NCBI GenBank assembly: GCA_964440095.1
Contig: CAYTPZ010000001.1
Span: forward strand, 261,327 to 325,326
Direction of reading: 5' to 3'
DNA length: 64,000 bases
Source: an uncultured bacterium
GTDB taxonomy: Bacteria; Krumholzibacteriota; Krumholzibacteriia; JACNKJ01
Shown here: in pieces, positions 20,398 through 28,356 of the stretch
How the letters are laid out: every line of letters begins with the position of its first letter
Numbering within the stretch: the first letter of the stretch is position 1
The notes under the pieces: generated by a model
What the model was told of the DNA's origin: nothing
Databases searched by the model: none
Seen by the model: the letters and a program-made list of their open reading frames with translations, nothing else
Translations under genes and position numbers: made by a program

Positions 20398-21357
20398 ATG
20401 CTTGAAATAACCAACAACCGCATGAACCCCTTCATCGATCCCAACATCCATGTTTGGCATGGTGAAGTTGCGGCCGATCTGTTTCTTGCGGCCATGGTCG
20501 GTGGGATCATGGCAATCACGGCCGTGCTCTATCTTTGGGCTCCCAGAAAAGAGTGTTCCCGCGGCTTCTGCCTGTTGCCATGGATCTCTCCCTTGCTGAT
20601 CTCATTCTGCCTGCTTTTCCTCTGGATCGATCTGGGCAACAAAATCAACGCCTTCCGATTCTTCTTCGTACTGAAGTCCTACAGCTTCATGTCCTGGGGA
20701 TCATGGATCATCCTCATGACCTATCCTGCCAGCATGCTCTTCGCCTGGTCGGGCTCTCCCCAGGATTTCAAAGATCGCTGGCTAAAAAGGCTGCCCTTCG
20801 TCGCCGGAATTGGCGCCTGGGCCGACCGGCATCGAAATGGCCTGGCCATTTGGAATTTCATCACAGGATGCGCACTGGGTTTATACACCGGCGCACTTTT
20901 GGCATTCTACGCGGCGCGTCCTCTTTGGAATTCACCCATCCTCCCCCTTCTATTCCTGAGCTCGGGCCTGGCCTGCGCAGCGGCTTACATGTTGCTGGTT
21001 AAACTCACGGATAAGGAGAGGATGGTCGTCAGCCGCATTCTGGTAGGCGCTCTCATTTCTCAGGCCCTCATGAACGCACTCTGGTTCATGGGTCTGGAAA
21101 CGGCCTCCGACAGCGGCCGGATGGCCCTGGATCTTTTCACAGGCAAACAATATACCGCCGCCTACTGGTCGCTCGTCGTGGGCATGGGTCTTGTCATACC
21201 TTTGATGACGGCCTGGTTCAGAAAACTCCAAAGCCAAGGGCTTCAGCGGGCGGTAACCTTCTTTGTTCTGGCCGGTGCATTCGCACTTCGTTGGTTGATT
21301 ATTTACGCCGGGCAGCATGCGGATGCCGCCGGGCACGTCGCGGGATTGGGAGGCTAG
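20398..21357 (+). CDS. NrfD/PsrC-type polytopic quinol-interacting membrane anchor, copy 1
   Basis: About 8 TM helices. NrfD-family hallmark ARPLWNSPILPLLFLSSG and N-terminal W-HGEVAA-LFL. AGGAGG SD 6 nt upstream of ATG 20398. Confidence 0.8.
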   Translation: MLEITNNRMNPFIDPNIHVWHGEVAADLFLAAMVGGIMAITAVLYLWAPRKECSRGFCLLPWISPLLISFCLLFLWIDLGNKINAFRFFFVLKSYSFMSWGSWIILMTYPASMLFAWSGSPQDFKDRWLKRLPFVAGIGAWADRHRNGLAIWNFITGCALGLYTGALLAFYAARPLWNSPILPLLFLSSGLACAAAYMLLVKLTDKERMVVSRILVGALISQALMNALWFMGLETASDSGRMALDLFTGKQYTAAYWSLVVGMGLVIPLMTAWFRKLQSQGLQRAVTFFVLAGAFALRWLIIYAGQHADAAGHVAGLGG

Positions 21358-21358
21358 A

Positions 21359-22312
21359 ATGGTCGAGATCACTCACAATCGCATGAACCCCTTCATAGAT
21401 CCGGATCTGCACATCTGGCACGGTGAGGTGGCGGCCTACCTCTTCCTAGGAGGCCTGGCCGCAGGAGTCATGCTGCTCACGGGTCTTTTGCGTATCTGGA
21501 AGCCGAAACTGGACCGGTCTCGGCAACTGGCGCTCATTCCCTGGCTGGCTCCCATTCTAATCTCGCTGGGGATGTTTTTTCTCTGGTTGGATCTGGGCAA
21601 CAGGATCAACGCCTTCCGCTTCTTCTTCACCTTCAAAGTCTGGTCGCCCATGTCCTGGGGCGCCTGGATTCTCCTGCTCATCTATCCGAGTTCCATCCTT
21701 TTTTCCTGGTCTGAGACTCCGCGTGATATTCGCGATCGTCTCATCAAGCGGTTCTCTTTGCTCGGAGCACTCGATCGCTGGACAATGCCAAGGCGCGACA
21801 CCCTCGCTTTCTGGAGCATGGGTGTTGGGATGCTTCTGGGAATCTACACCGGTGTTCTTTTAGGAAGCGTGGCGGCGCGCCCCCTTTGGAATTCCGCCCT
21901 CCTCGGCCCCCTCTTTTTGGTTTCGGGAATTTCCACGGCCGCGGCTTTGACACTCCTGTTCAAAATCCGCGACGAGGAACGTGTGATCTTCTCTCGAATC
22001 GACATGGTTTTCATTCTCGTCGAATTGGCCTTCCTGGCTTTGTGGCTCATCACTCTCGCCTCGGGTGGCGCAAGCTATCAGGCGGCGGCGGAACTCTTCT
22101 GGGGCGGATCCTATACCGCCGCATTCTGGAGTTTGGTGGTCGCCCTGGGACTTGTTGTACCACTGCTGGCAGAGTGGCTCGAAAAAAGACATCAGGTCAT
22201 TCCCGGCAGAGCTGCCGCTATTCTGGTTCTTATCGGCGGTTTTGCATTGCGTTGGATTCTCGTCTTCGCGGGACAGAACTCCAGCTGGGTGACCCAGCTT
22301 TCGTCACACTAG
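21359..22312 (+). CDS. NrfD/PsrC-type polytopic membrane anchor, copy 2 (tandem paralogue, about 55% identical to copy 1)
   Basis: Collinear with copy 1 (MVEITHNRMNPFIDPDLHIWHGEVAAYLFLGG... and ARPLWNSALLGPLFLVSG). GGGAGG SD. Starts 2 nt after the copy 1 stop. Confidence 0.8.
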   Translation: MVEITHNRMNPFIDPDLHIWHGEVAAYLFLGGLAAGVMLLTGLLRIWKPKLDRSRQLALIPWLAPILISLGMFFLWLDLGNRINAFRFFFTFKVWSPMSWGAWILLLIYPSSILFSWSETPRDIRDRLIKRFSLLGALDRWTMPRRDTLAFWSMGVGMLLGIYTGVLLGSVAARPLWNSALLGPLFLVSGISTAAALTLLFKIRDEERVIFSRIDMVFILVELAFLALWLITLASGGASYQAAAELFWGGSYTAAFWSLVVALGLVVPLLAEWLEKRHQVIPGRAAAILVLIGGFALRWILVFAGQNSSWVTQLSSH

Positions 22313-22324
22313 AAAAGGACTGAG

Positions 22325-22837
22325 ATGCCTAAGAACTATTGGAACCCATACCTGGCAGGCCTGCTCCTCGGCCTCACCCTGCTGGCAGCATTTATGGTGG
22401 CAGGCCAGGGCCTGGGCGCCAGTGCGGCTCCCAAACGCATCGTCGCTTTGGGTTGCGAATCCATCAATGCGCAGTGGGCAGAGTCCAACACGGCCATCAA
22501 CAAGTATTTCCAGGGCGAAAATGCGCACCCGCTCAAGAACTGGCTCATCCTTGAAGTCGTCGGCGTTCTGCTGGGTGGATTCATCGGTGCGGTCAGCGCG
22601 GGAAGACTCAAGGGCGAGGTGCTGCGCGGGCCACGCATTTCCATTCGGGGTCGCCTGCTCTATGCCTTCTTCGGTGGGGCTCTCATGGGTCTCGCTGCGG
22701 CTATCGGACGAGGATGCACATCAGGGCAGGCTCTTTCGGGCGGCGGCACCCTGGCCGCCGGCGGCTGGGCCTACATGATGATGTTCTTCGGCGGCGCCTA
22801 CGCAGTTGCATGGCTGGTTAGGAGGCAGTGGACATGA
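22325..22837 (+). CDS. YeeE/YedE (DUF395) sulfur-compound transporter, N-terminal half
   Basis: GRGCTSGQALSGG motif with 4 TM helices. AAGGA SD. Stop overlaps the next start (ATGA). Confidence 0.75.
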   Translation: MPKNYWNPYLAGLLLGLTLLAAFMVAGQGLGASAAPKRIVALGCESINAQWAESNTAINKYFQGENAHPLKNWLILEVVGVLLGGFIGAVSAGRLKGEVLRGPRISIRGRLLYAFFGGALMGLAAAIGRGCTSGQALSGGGTLAAGGWAYMMMFFGGAYAVAWLVRRQWT

Positions 22838-24024
22838 GTAACCTCTTCCCCCTGGAATTCACGGGCGAGCAGTTCCGACTTCTCACCGGTATCGGTATTG
22901 GCTTCTTCTTCGGCTTCTCATTGGAACGCGCCGGATTCGGCAACGCCAGGAAACTCGCCGGCCAGTTCTATCTGAACGACATGGCGGTCTTCAAGGTGAT
23001 GTTTACCGCTGTTCTCGTCGCCATGACAGGTGTTTTTTCCCTCTCGGCCTGGGGCTTATTGGACCTGGGTGAGCTTTGGATCAACCCCACCTTCCTCTGG
23101 GCCCAGCTTTTTGCTGGCTTTGTTCTTGGAATCGGCTTCGTCATGAGCGGGCTTTGTCCGGGAACTTCCGTGGTGAGTATGGCCTCGGGCAAGCTAGACG
23201 GATTCGTCACAGTGCTGGGCACTTTTTTCGGCGTCCTCGTCTTCACTTTGCTCTTCGATAAACTGCCGGCGCTTCGCAGTCTCTATTCGGCTGGATCGGG
23301 CGAGGTCATTCTTCTGCACGAAATCTTCCCCTTCAAGTTCCCCGCCCTCTGCCTCATCATGACCGTGATTCTTGTGGCCTTGGGTGCCTTCATCTTCGCC
23401 GAACGAGTGGAGAAGATCTATCAGAAGAAACTCGGTCCTGGACCCCTTACAGGTCCCAATCGGCCGCGCATGAAGTACTATGTATTGGGACCCATGTTCC
23501 TTATCGCCCTGGCGGCGGCCATCTATGACAAACCCGTCGTCCCTGAGCCAGAGCCCCTGGACCTGGTGGCTATTGAACCCTTGAACCTTGCCGAGCGCAT
23601 TATCGATGGAGATCCAACCTTGGTGATTCTCGACCTGCGCTCGGAAGAGGCCTTCGCTGAGAAGAACCTCCCAGGCGCGAAACTCCTTCGCACCCTCGGC
23701 GATCCTGCCGACTACCTTTCGAATTTATCAGAAGGTATGGCGGTGGTTCTCTACAACCAACAGGCCACCGAAAGCGAAGTGCCAGGCACCTGGCCCGCGG
23801 GTCTTGATTACTTCGCGATGCGCGGAGGATTCGAGGCATGGAAACGGGAAGTGCTCACACCTCGTGAGATGAACGGAAGCAGTTTGAAGGAACAGGATTT
23901 CACGCGTCGTCAGAATCAGATCGCCGGCTTCTTCAGCGGCACGCGTGTGCAGTCCAAGGCTACTGCACCTCCACCTCCCATGAGCGGCGGGAAGAAAAAG
24001 AAAAAACCCGAAGGCGGTTGTTAG
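22834..24024 (+). CDS. YeeE/YedE (DUF395) second half fused to a C-terminal rhodanese-like domain (no active-site Cys), with a Lys-rich tail ending in Cys
   Basis: GLCPGTSVV motif. Rhodanese-like fold signature VILDLRSEEAFAEKNLPGAKLL...VVLYNQQATES...MRGGFEAWK lacks the CxxGxR loop. Tail GGKKKKKPEGGC. ATG 22834 sits 8 nt after AGGAGG. Confidence 0.75.
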   Translation: MSNLFPLEFTGEQFRLLTGIGIGFFFGFSLERAGFGNARKLAGQFYLNDMAVFKVMFTAVLVAMTGVFSLSAWGLLDLGELWINPTFLWAQLFAGFVLGIGFVMSGLCPGTSVVSMASGKLDGFVTVLGTFFGVLVFTLLFDKLPALRSLYSAGSGEVILLHEIFPFKFPALCLIMTVILVALGAFIFAERVEKIYQKKLGPGPLTGPNRPRMKYYVLGPMFLIALAAAIYDKPVVPEPEPLDLVAIEPLNLAERIIDGDPTLVILDLRSEEAFAEKNLPGAKLLRTLGDPADYLSNLSEGMAVVLYNQQATESEVPGTWPAGLDYFAMRGGFEAWKREVLTPREMNGSSLKEQDFTRRQNQIAGFFSGTRVQSKATAPPPPMSGGKKKKKPEGGC

Positions 24025-24025
24025 A

Positions 24026-24559
24026 GTGAAACCGCGTCCCTTCCTGCTCTGCGGTGGTCAGAGTCGCCGTATGGGAAGGGACAAAGCACTCATGGAACAT
24101 CCCTTGGGCGGAACAATGCTGGAACGGGCGGTCCGGTTACTGGAAGCAGTACTGGGGACGCCCATTCTGCTTTCGGGGGACGGATCACGATACCAAGATT
24201 TCGGATACCCCGAGATCGCCGATGCGCGCCTTGACTGCGGGCCCTTGGGTGGAATTCTCGCTGCCATTGAGCATACCTCGCCGGCACCGGCGCTCATCAT
24301 GGCCGTGGACATGCCATTTATTGCCGAGGAAGATCTCATAACGCTTTTAAAATCCCAAGGGCCCAGCCTCACTCTGGCCCAGGGTGAAGGGCGCCTGCAT
24401 CCCGCTTTTTCCATTTGGGATTCGACAACTCAGCCGCACTTGCGTGAAGCGCTTGAAGAGAATCGCTTCGCACTCATACCCTTGGCAGAAGCATTGGATC
24501 CGGTACTGGTTGAGCTACCGGCCGAGCATCTAGCGAATTGGAATGAGCCACAGAAATAG
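24026..24559 (+). CDS. mobA: molybdenum cofactor guanylyltransferase
   Basis: N-terminal LCGGQSRRMGRDKAL motif. GTG start 1 nt after the upstream stop. 177 aa. Confidence 0.8.
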   Translation: MKPRPFLLCGGQSRRMGRDKALMEHPLGGTMLERAVRLLEAVLGTPILLSGDGSRYQDFGYPEIADARLDCGPLGGILAAIEHTSPAPALIMAVDMPFIAEEDLITLLKSQGPSLTLAQGEGRLHPAFSIWDSTTQPHLREALEENRFALIPLAEALDPVLVELPAEHLANWNEPQK

Positions 24560-24584
24560 AGGACTTTAAAGAAGATTCCGAAGA

Positions 24585-25358
24585 CTAGAGTTTGATCTCG
24601 ACACCCACGGGACAGTGATCGCTTCCCATCACATCCGGGCTGATCCATGCGTCGACCAAGGTGTCTTTGATGTTCTTGCTCAGGAAAAAATAATCGATGC
24701 GCCAGCCGATGTTCCGCTGACGAGCGCCACTGCGCATGCTCCACCAGCTGTACTGTTCGGGGATATCCCCCTTAATTACGCGAAGACTGTCCACCCATCC
24801 CTTAGCCAGCATGCCGTCGATCCATTTGCGTTCTTCTGGAAGGAAGCCGCTGACCTGCTCGTTTTCTTTCGGGCGGGCCAGGTCGATGGCCTGGTGCGCC
24901 GTGTTCACATCGCCGCAAACCAGGATGCGCTTTCCTCGGCTCACGCGACCGTTCATCTTCTTTTGAATTTCGCGATAGAAATCCATCTTGTATTCCAGAC
25001 GAATATCGCTGGCCTTGCCGTTTGGGAAGTAGACATTGTAGAGGAGGAAGTCCTCGTGATCGGTAATCAACACGCGACCTTCCGAGTCGAAACGCTCGAC
25101 ACCCAGGCCGGCCTTGGCCTTCACCAGGGGCAGCCCATCGCGCACATAGGTGACCACGCCGGAGTATCCCTTTTTATCCGCCGAGGCGAAGTGGGCTGTC
25201 CACCCTTCGGGGGCGGTGAGAGATTCGTCCAGTTGATCGGGATGGGCCTTGGTTTCCTGCAGGCAAACCACGTCGAGGTCCGAAGACCAGATCCAATCCA
25301 GAGCTTCCTTGCGCTGGACGGCGCGAATGCCGTTTACGTTCCAGCTGATGAGCTTCAT
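24585..25358 (-). CDS. xthA: exodeoxyribonuclease III
   Basis: MKLISWNVNGIRA...LQETK...SDHCPV, the Exo III/APE family. Confidence 0.9.
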   Translation of the reverse strand: MKLISWNVNGIRAVQRKEALDWIWSSDLDVVCLQETKAHPDQLDESLTAPEGWTAHFASADKKGYSGVVTYVRDGLPLVKAKAGLGVERFDSEGRVLITDHEDFLLYNVYFPNGKASDIRLEYKMDFYREIQKKMNGRVSRGKRILVCGDVNTAHQAIDLARPKENEQVSGFLPEERKWIDGMLAKGWVDSLRVIKGDIPEQYSWWSMRSGARQRNIGWRIDYFFLSKNIKDTLVDAWISPDVMGSDHCPVGVEIKL

Positions 25359-25368
25359 GGTCGCCTTT

Positions 25369-25857
25369 CTACAAATCGCCTTTGGGTTCCCCGCTCGCCC
25401 CGCCGCCGAACTGATCTAGCCAGAAATCGATTTCCTCGGAGGTGGAACTCTCCGGTTTCTCGCTGGCGTCTTCGCCTTTCTTGGGACGCAAGAGCCTGGA
25501 CGCCATAGCCTCGGCGCTTTCAATCTGAGCACCCAGCGCCCGTGCCTTGCGGCCGATATCTTTTTCATCCGAGCTCACCACGGTCACCGTCTTGGGATTG
25601 GCGTGGCGCTCCAAGGAATTCATGATCCAAGCATCGGCGCTGGGTGCGAAGATTACACGTATGGGACCGGGAGCCTGGTCTCGCCCCGAGGCCAGTCCGT
25701 CGAAGACCACGGTCCAGCGCTCGCGGCTCTTGAAGACCCGTGGCGCCAACATTCTTAAAAAGGTCTCACGGGCTTCTTCCAAATCTTCCTGCATGATCTG
25801 CCCCAAACTGCCAATCTTATGCATGACGTTGAAGGCATCCACCCAGCGCTCACTCAA
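25369..25857 (-). CDS. YacP/Rae1-like NYN-domain (PIN-like) predicted ribonuclease
   Basis: VDAFNVMHKIG, WTVVFDG, IRVIFAP...ADAWI and VSSDEKD parallel the B. subtilis YacP motifs. Confidence 0.65.
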   Translation of the reverse strand: MSERWVDAFNVMHKIGSLGQIMQEDLEEARETFLRMLAPRVFKSRERWTVVFDGLASGRDQAPGPIRVIFAPSADAWIMNSLERHANPKTVTVVSSDEKDIGRKARALGAQIESAEAMASRLLRPKKGEDASEKPESSTSEEIDFWLDQFGGGASGEPKGDL

Positions 25858-26239
25858 TCGGATCTCCTTCGAGGATGACCATGGCCATGGCCATGCCCTC
25901 TTGGTGGCTAAGACTCAAATGGGTTCGCGTCACGCCCTGTTCCCTCAGAAGCTCGGACGCTCTCCCAGTCATTTTAAGTTCAGGTTTTCCATGTTCACCG
26001 TACACGACTTCGATCTGTTTCCAGCTGAGCCCCTGCCGCAGGCCTAATCCCAGGGCCTTCACCAAGGCTTCCTTGGCGGCGAACCTGACGGCAAAAGAGG
26101 GCCAGGGATCTCCCCGGCCCTCGCAATGGGCTTTTTCGCCGGGCGTGTACAAACGATCCAATATGCGATCCCCCCATTTTCCGGCCGCTTTGCGTAGCCG
26201 ACGAGGATCCATGAGATCTATGCCCGTGCCGAGAATCAT
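25850..26239 (-). CDS. acpS: holo-[acyl-carrier-protein] synthase
   Basis: GTGIDL...FAAKEALVKALG signature. 129 aa. Confidence 0.85.
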   Translation of the reverse strand: MILGTGIDLMDPRRLRKAAGKWGDRILDRLYTPGEKAHCEGRGDPWPSFAVRFAAKEALVKALGLGLRQGLSWKQIEVVYGEHGKPELKMTGRASELLREQGVTRTHLSLSHQEGMAMAMVILEGDPIE

Positions 26240-26245
26240 TCGCGG

Positions 26246-27697
26246 CTAGAAACGATCGAAGAAGTTCAAGAAGAGACGCACGCCAAAGCCGTTACCGCCC
26301 TGAGGACGAATGCCGCGCTCCTTGTCTCCCCAGGCTGCACCGGCGATATCCACATGCACCCAGGGATTGGGATCGGCGAAACGCTGCAGAAATTTGGCGG
26401 CCGTGATGGTTCCGGCGTTACGCCCTCCCGTGTTCTTGATATCAGCCACGGGGCTTTCAATGAGATAGTCATACTCTTCGAACATGGGCATGGGCCAAAC
26501 ACGTTCACCCGTGGCCTTGCCGCTCTCCACAAGCTTGTCGTAGTAGCCCTCGCCCTTCTCGTTGCCGAGGATGGCGGCGGTTTCATTGCCCAGGGCCACC
26601 ACACAGGCCCCCGTAAGGGTGGCCACGTCGATGATCAACTCGGGTTTGAACTCCTTCGCGTAGTTCAGACCATCCGCCAGTATGATGCGCCCTTCCGCGT
26701 CGGTGTTCTTCACGTCGATGGTCACGCCGCTGCGTGCCTTGATGATGTCGCCGGGACGATAGGCGTCGCCGCCGGGCATGTTTTCACAAGTGGGTACGAT
26801 GCCGATGATACGATGGGGATAGTTCAACTCGGCCAAGGCGCGGAAGGTGCCGAGCACGGCCGCGGCTCCACCCATGTCGTACTTCATCTCGTCCATGGCA
26901 GCGCCGGGCTTCAATGAAATACCGCCGCTGTCGAAGGTGATGCCTTTGCCAACCAGGGCCAGGGTGCGCTTGCCCTTGGGATTGTATTCCATCTCGATGA
27001 GATGAGCTTCCTTGCGACTTCCCCTGCCCACCGTGAGGAGGGCATCGAAGCCCTCTTTCTCCAGCTGGGCCTGCTTCTTGATTTTCACCTTGATGCGTCC
27101 GCCGGAATTCTTGGCGATCTCCTTGGCGGTGGCCGCCAGGTATTCGGGTCCCGCCAAATTGCCCGGCGAACACATGAGATCGCGGGCCAGCAACGTACCG
27201 GCGGCGTGGGCTTCGGCTAGCTTGCGAGCCTTGTCGGCCTTGGCCTTGGAAACCGATTCGGGCAGCAGCAGTGTCACGCGACTGAGACACTTGCCCTTCT
27301 TCTTGGCAGGCAGATAGCGGTCGTAAACGTATCCAGACAAGAGCAGGCCGGAGACCACCTCGAATACATCGGCGTCGGCGGGCAGTATGAATGCAGCCTG
27401 CTTCACATCCAGAGCAGCGAACGCCTTCTGTGCCGCCGCTGCGGCATCACGCCAGTGACGAGCCATGAAGGGCGCCTTGCCCAGGCCTGTCAGGAGCCAG
27501 CGTGAATTCGAGGGCCCATAGAGCAGATGAGTACCACCCAGGCCACCCTTGAAATCCTTGGTTTCGATGGGACCGCTAAGTGCCTTCCCGCCCGGAAGTT
27601 TTCGGCCTCCCAGCGACAGCTTACATTTTTCATCCATGAGGACGATGTTGTTTTCGAATCCAACCAAGGATTTCTGAGTTTTCACGCTGATTCTCAC
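26246..27697 (-). CDS. pepA: leucyl aminopeptidase (M17 family)
   Basis: NTDAEGRIILADGL motif. 483 aa. Confidence 0.9.
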   Translation of the reverse strand: MRISVKTQKSLVGFENNIVLMDEKCKLSLGGRKLPGGKALSGPIETKDFKGGLGGTHLLYGPSNSRWLLTGLGKAPFMARHWRDAAAAAQKAFAALDVKQAAFILPADADVFEVVSGLLLSGYVYDRYLPAKKKGKCLSRVTLLLPESVSKAKADKARKLAEAHAAGTLLARDLMCSPGNLAGPEYLAATAKEIAKNSGGRIKVKIKKQAQLEKEGFDALLTVGRGSRKEAHLIEMEYNPKGKRTLALVGKGITFDSGGISLKPGAAMDEMKYDMGGAAAVLGTFRALAELNYPHRIIGIVPTCENMPGGDAYRPGDIIKARSGVTIDVKNTDAEGRIILADGLNYAKEFKPELIIDVATLTGACVVALGNETAAILGNEKGEGYYDKLVESGKATGERVWPMPMFEEYDYLIESPVADIKNTGGRNAGTITAAKFLQRFADPNPWVHVDIAGAAWGDKERGIRPQGGNGFGVRLFLNFFDRF

Positions 27698-28089
27698 GCT
27701 GACTCTCCTTCCAGGGGCACATCTTTTTTCCAGATTGGGACGATCTCCTTAAGGCGATCCACAAAATGTGCTGCGGCCGCCCAGGCCTCTTTTCGATGGG
27801 GAGCGCCGACGGCCATGGCTAATGAAGGCACGCCAACTTCCAAGCGACCCACCCGATGGATGGCCGCTACCTTCAAGGGACCGAATTCCTGGCACAATTC
27901 ATCGCCGATTTGGCGCATCTTGGCCAGAGCCATTTCCCGATAGGCAGTGTATTCCAGTGCCGAAACGGGACCCTCTGCCCCACTTTCGCGGACCACGCCG
28001 AGAAATGTGACTACGGCGCCGTGGCCCGGATCGCTCACCTCGGCGATGAGGGGATCAAGCTCCAGAGCTTCTTCGCGGATGTCGAACAC
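27694..28089 (-). CDS. moaE: molybdopterin synthase catalytic subunit
   Basis: MoaE-like region HRVGRLEVGVPSLAMAVGAPHRKEAWAAAAHFVDRLKEIVPIWKK. Confidence 0.85.
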   Translation of the reverse strand: MFDIREEALELDPLIAEVSDPGHGAVVTFLGVVRESGAEGPVSALEYTAYREMALAKMRQIGDELCQEFGPLKVAAIHRVGRLEVGVPSLAMAVGAPHRKEAWAAAAHFVDRLKEIVPIWKKDVPLEGESA

Positions 28090-28356
28090 CTATCCTCCCG
28101 AGACCGGTGGGAAAAAGGCCACGATATCGCCGGCGGCCAACACGCGATCGGATGGGACATATTCCTCATTCACTGCGCAGAGCCTTTGGGTTGAGACCTT
28201 TGAGAGTTCGGCAAACTCGGTGCAGAGGGCATCCCAAAGCGAGGCCACGGTGGCCTCGCTCGGGAGCTCGAATTCGAAATCATCTTTTGCGGCCGCTTCG
28301 GCGAATGCGCCGAAGAGCTTCACCCGAAAGTGACCGGTCACGCCGTGGCCTTCCAT
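28090..28356 (-). CDS. moaD: molybdopterin synthase sulfur-carrier subunit
   Basis: 88 aa ending in VSGG (C-terminal Gly-Gly). Immediately upstream of moaE. Confidence 0.75.
   Translation of the reverse strand: MEGHGVTGHFRVKLFGAFAEAAAKDDFEFELPSEATVASLWDALCTEFAELSKVSTQRLCAVNEEYVPSDRVLAAGDIVAFFPPVSGG

Noticed and set aside
22325-24024. YeeE/YedE halves as a frameshifted pseudogene
   Set aside because: The ATGA overlap with AGGAGG 8 nt upstream of the second ATG fits a genuine two-gene split. Split DUF395 arrangements are known. It is retained only as a caveat in the finding.
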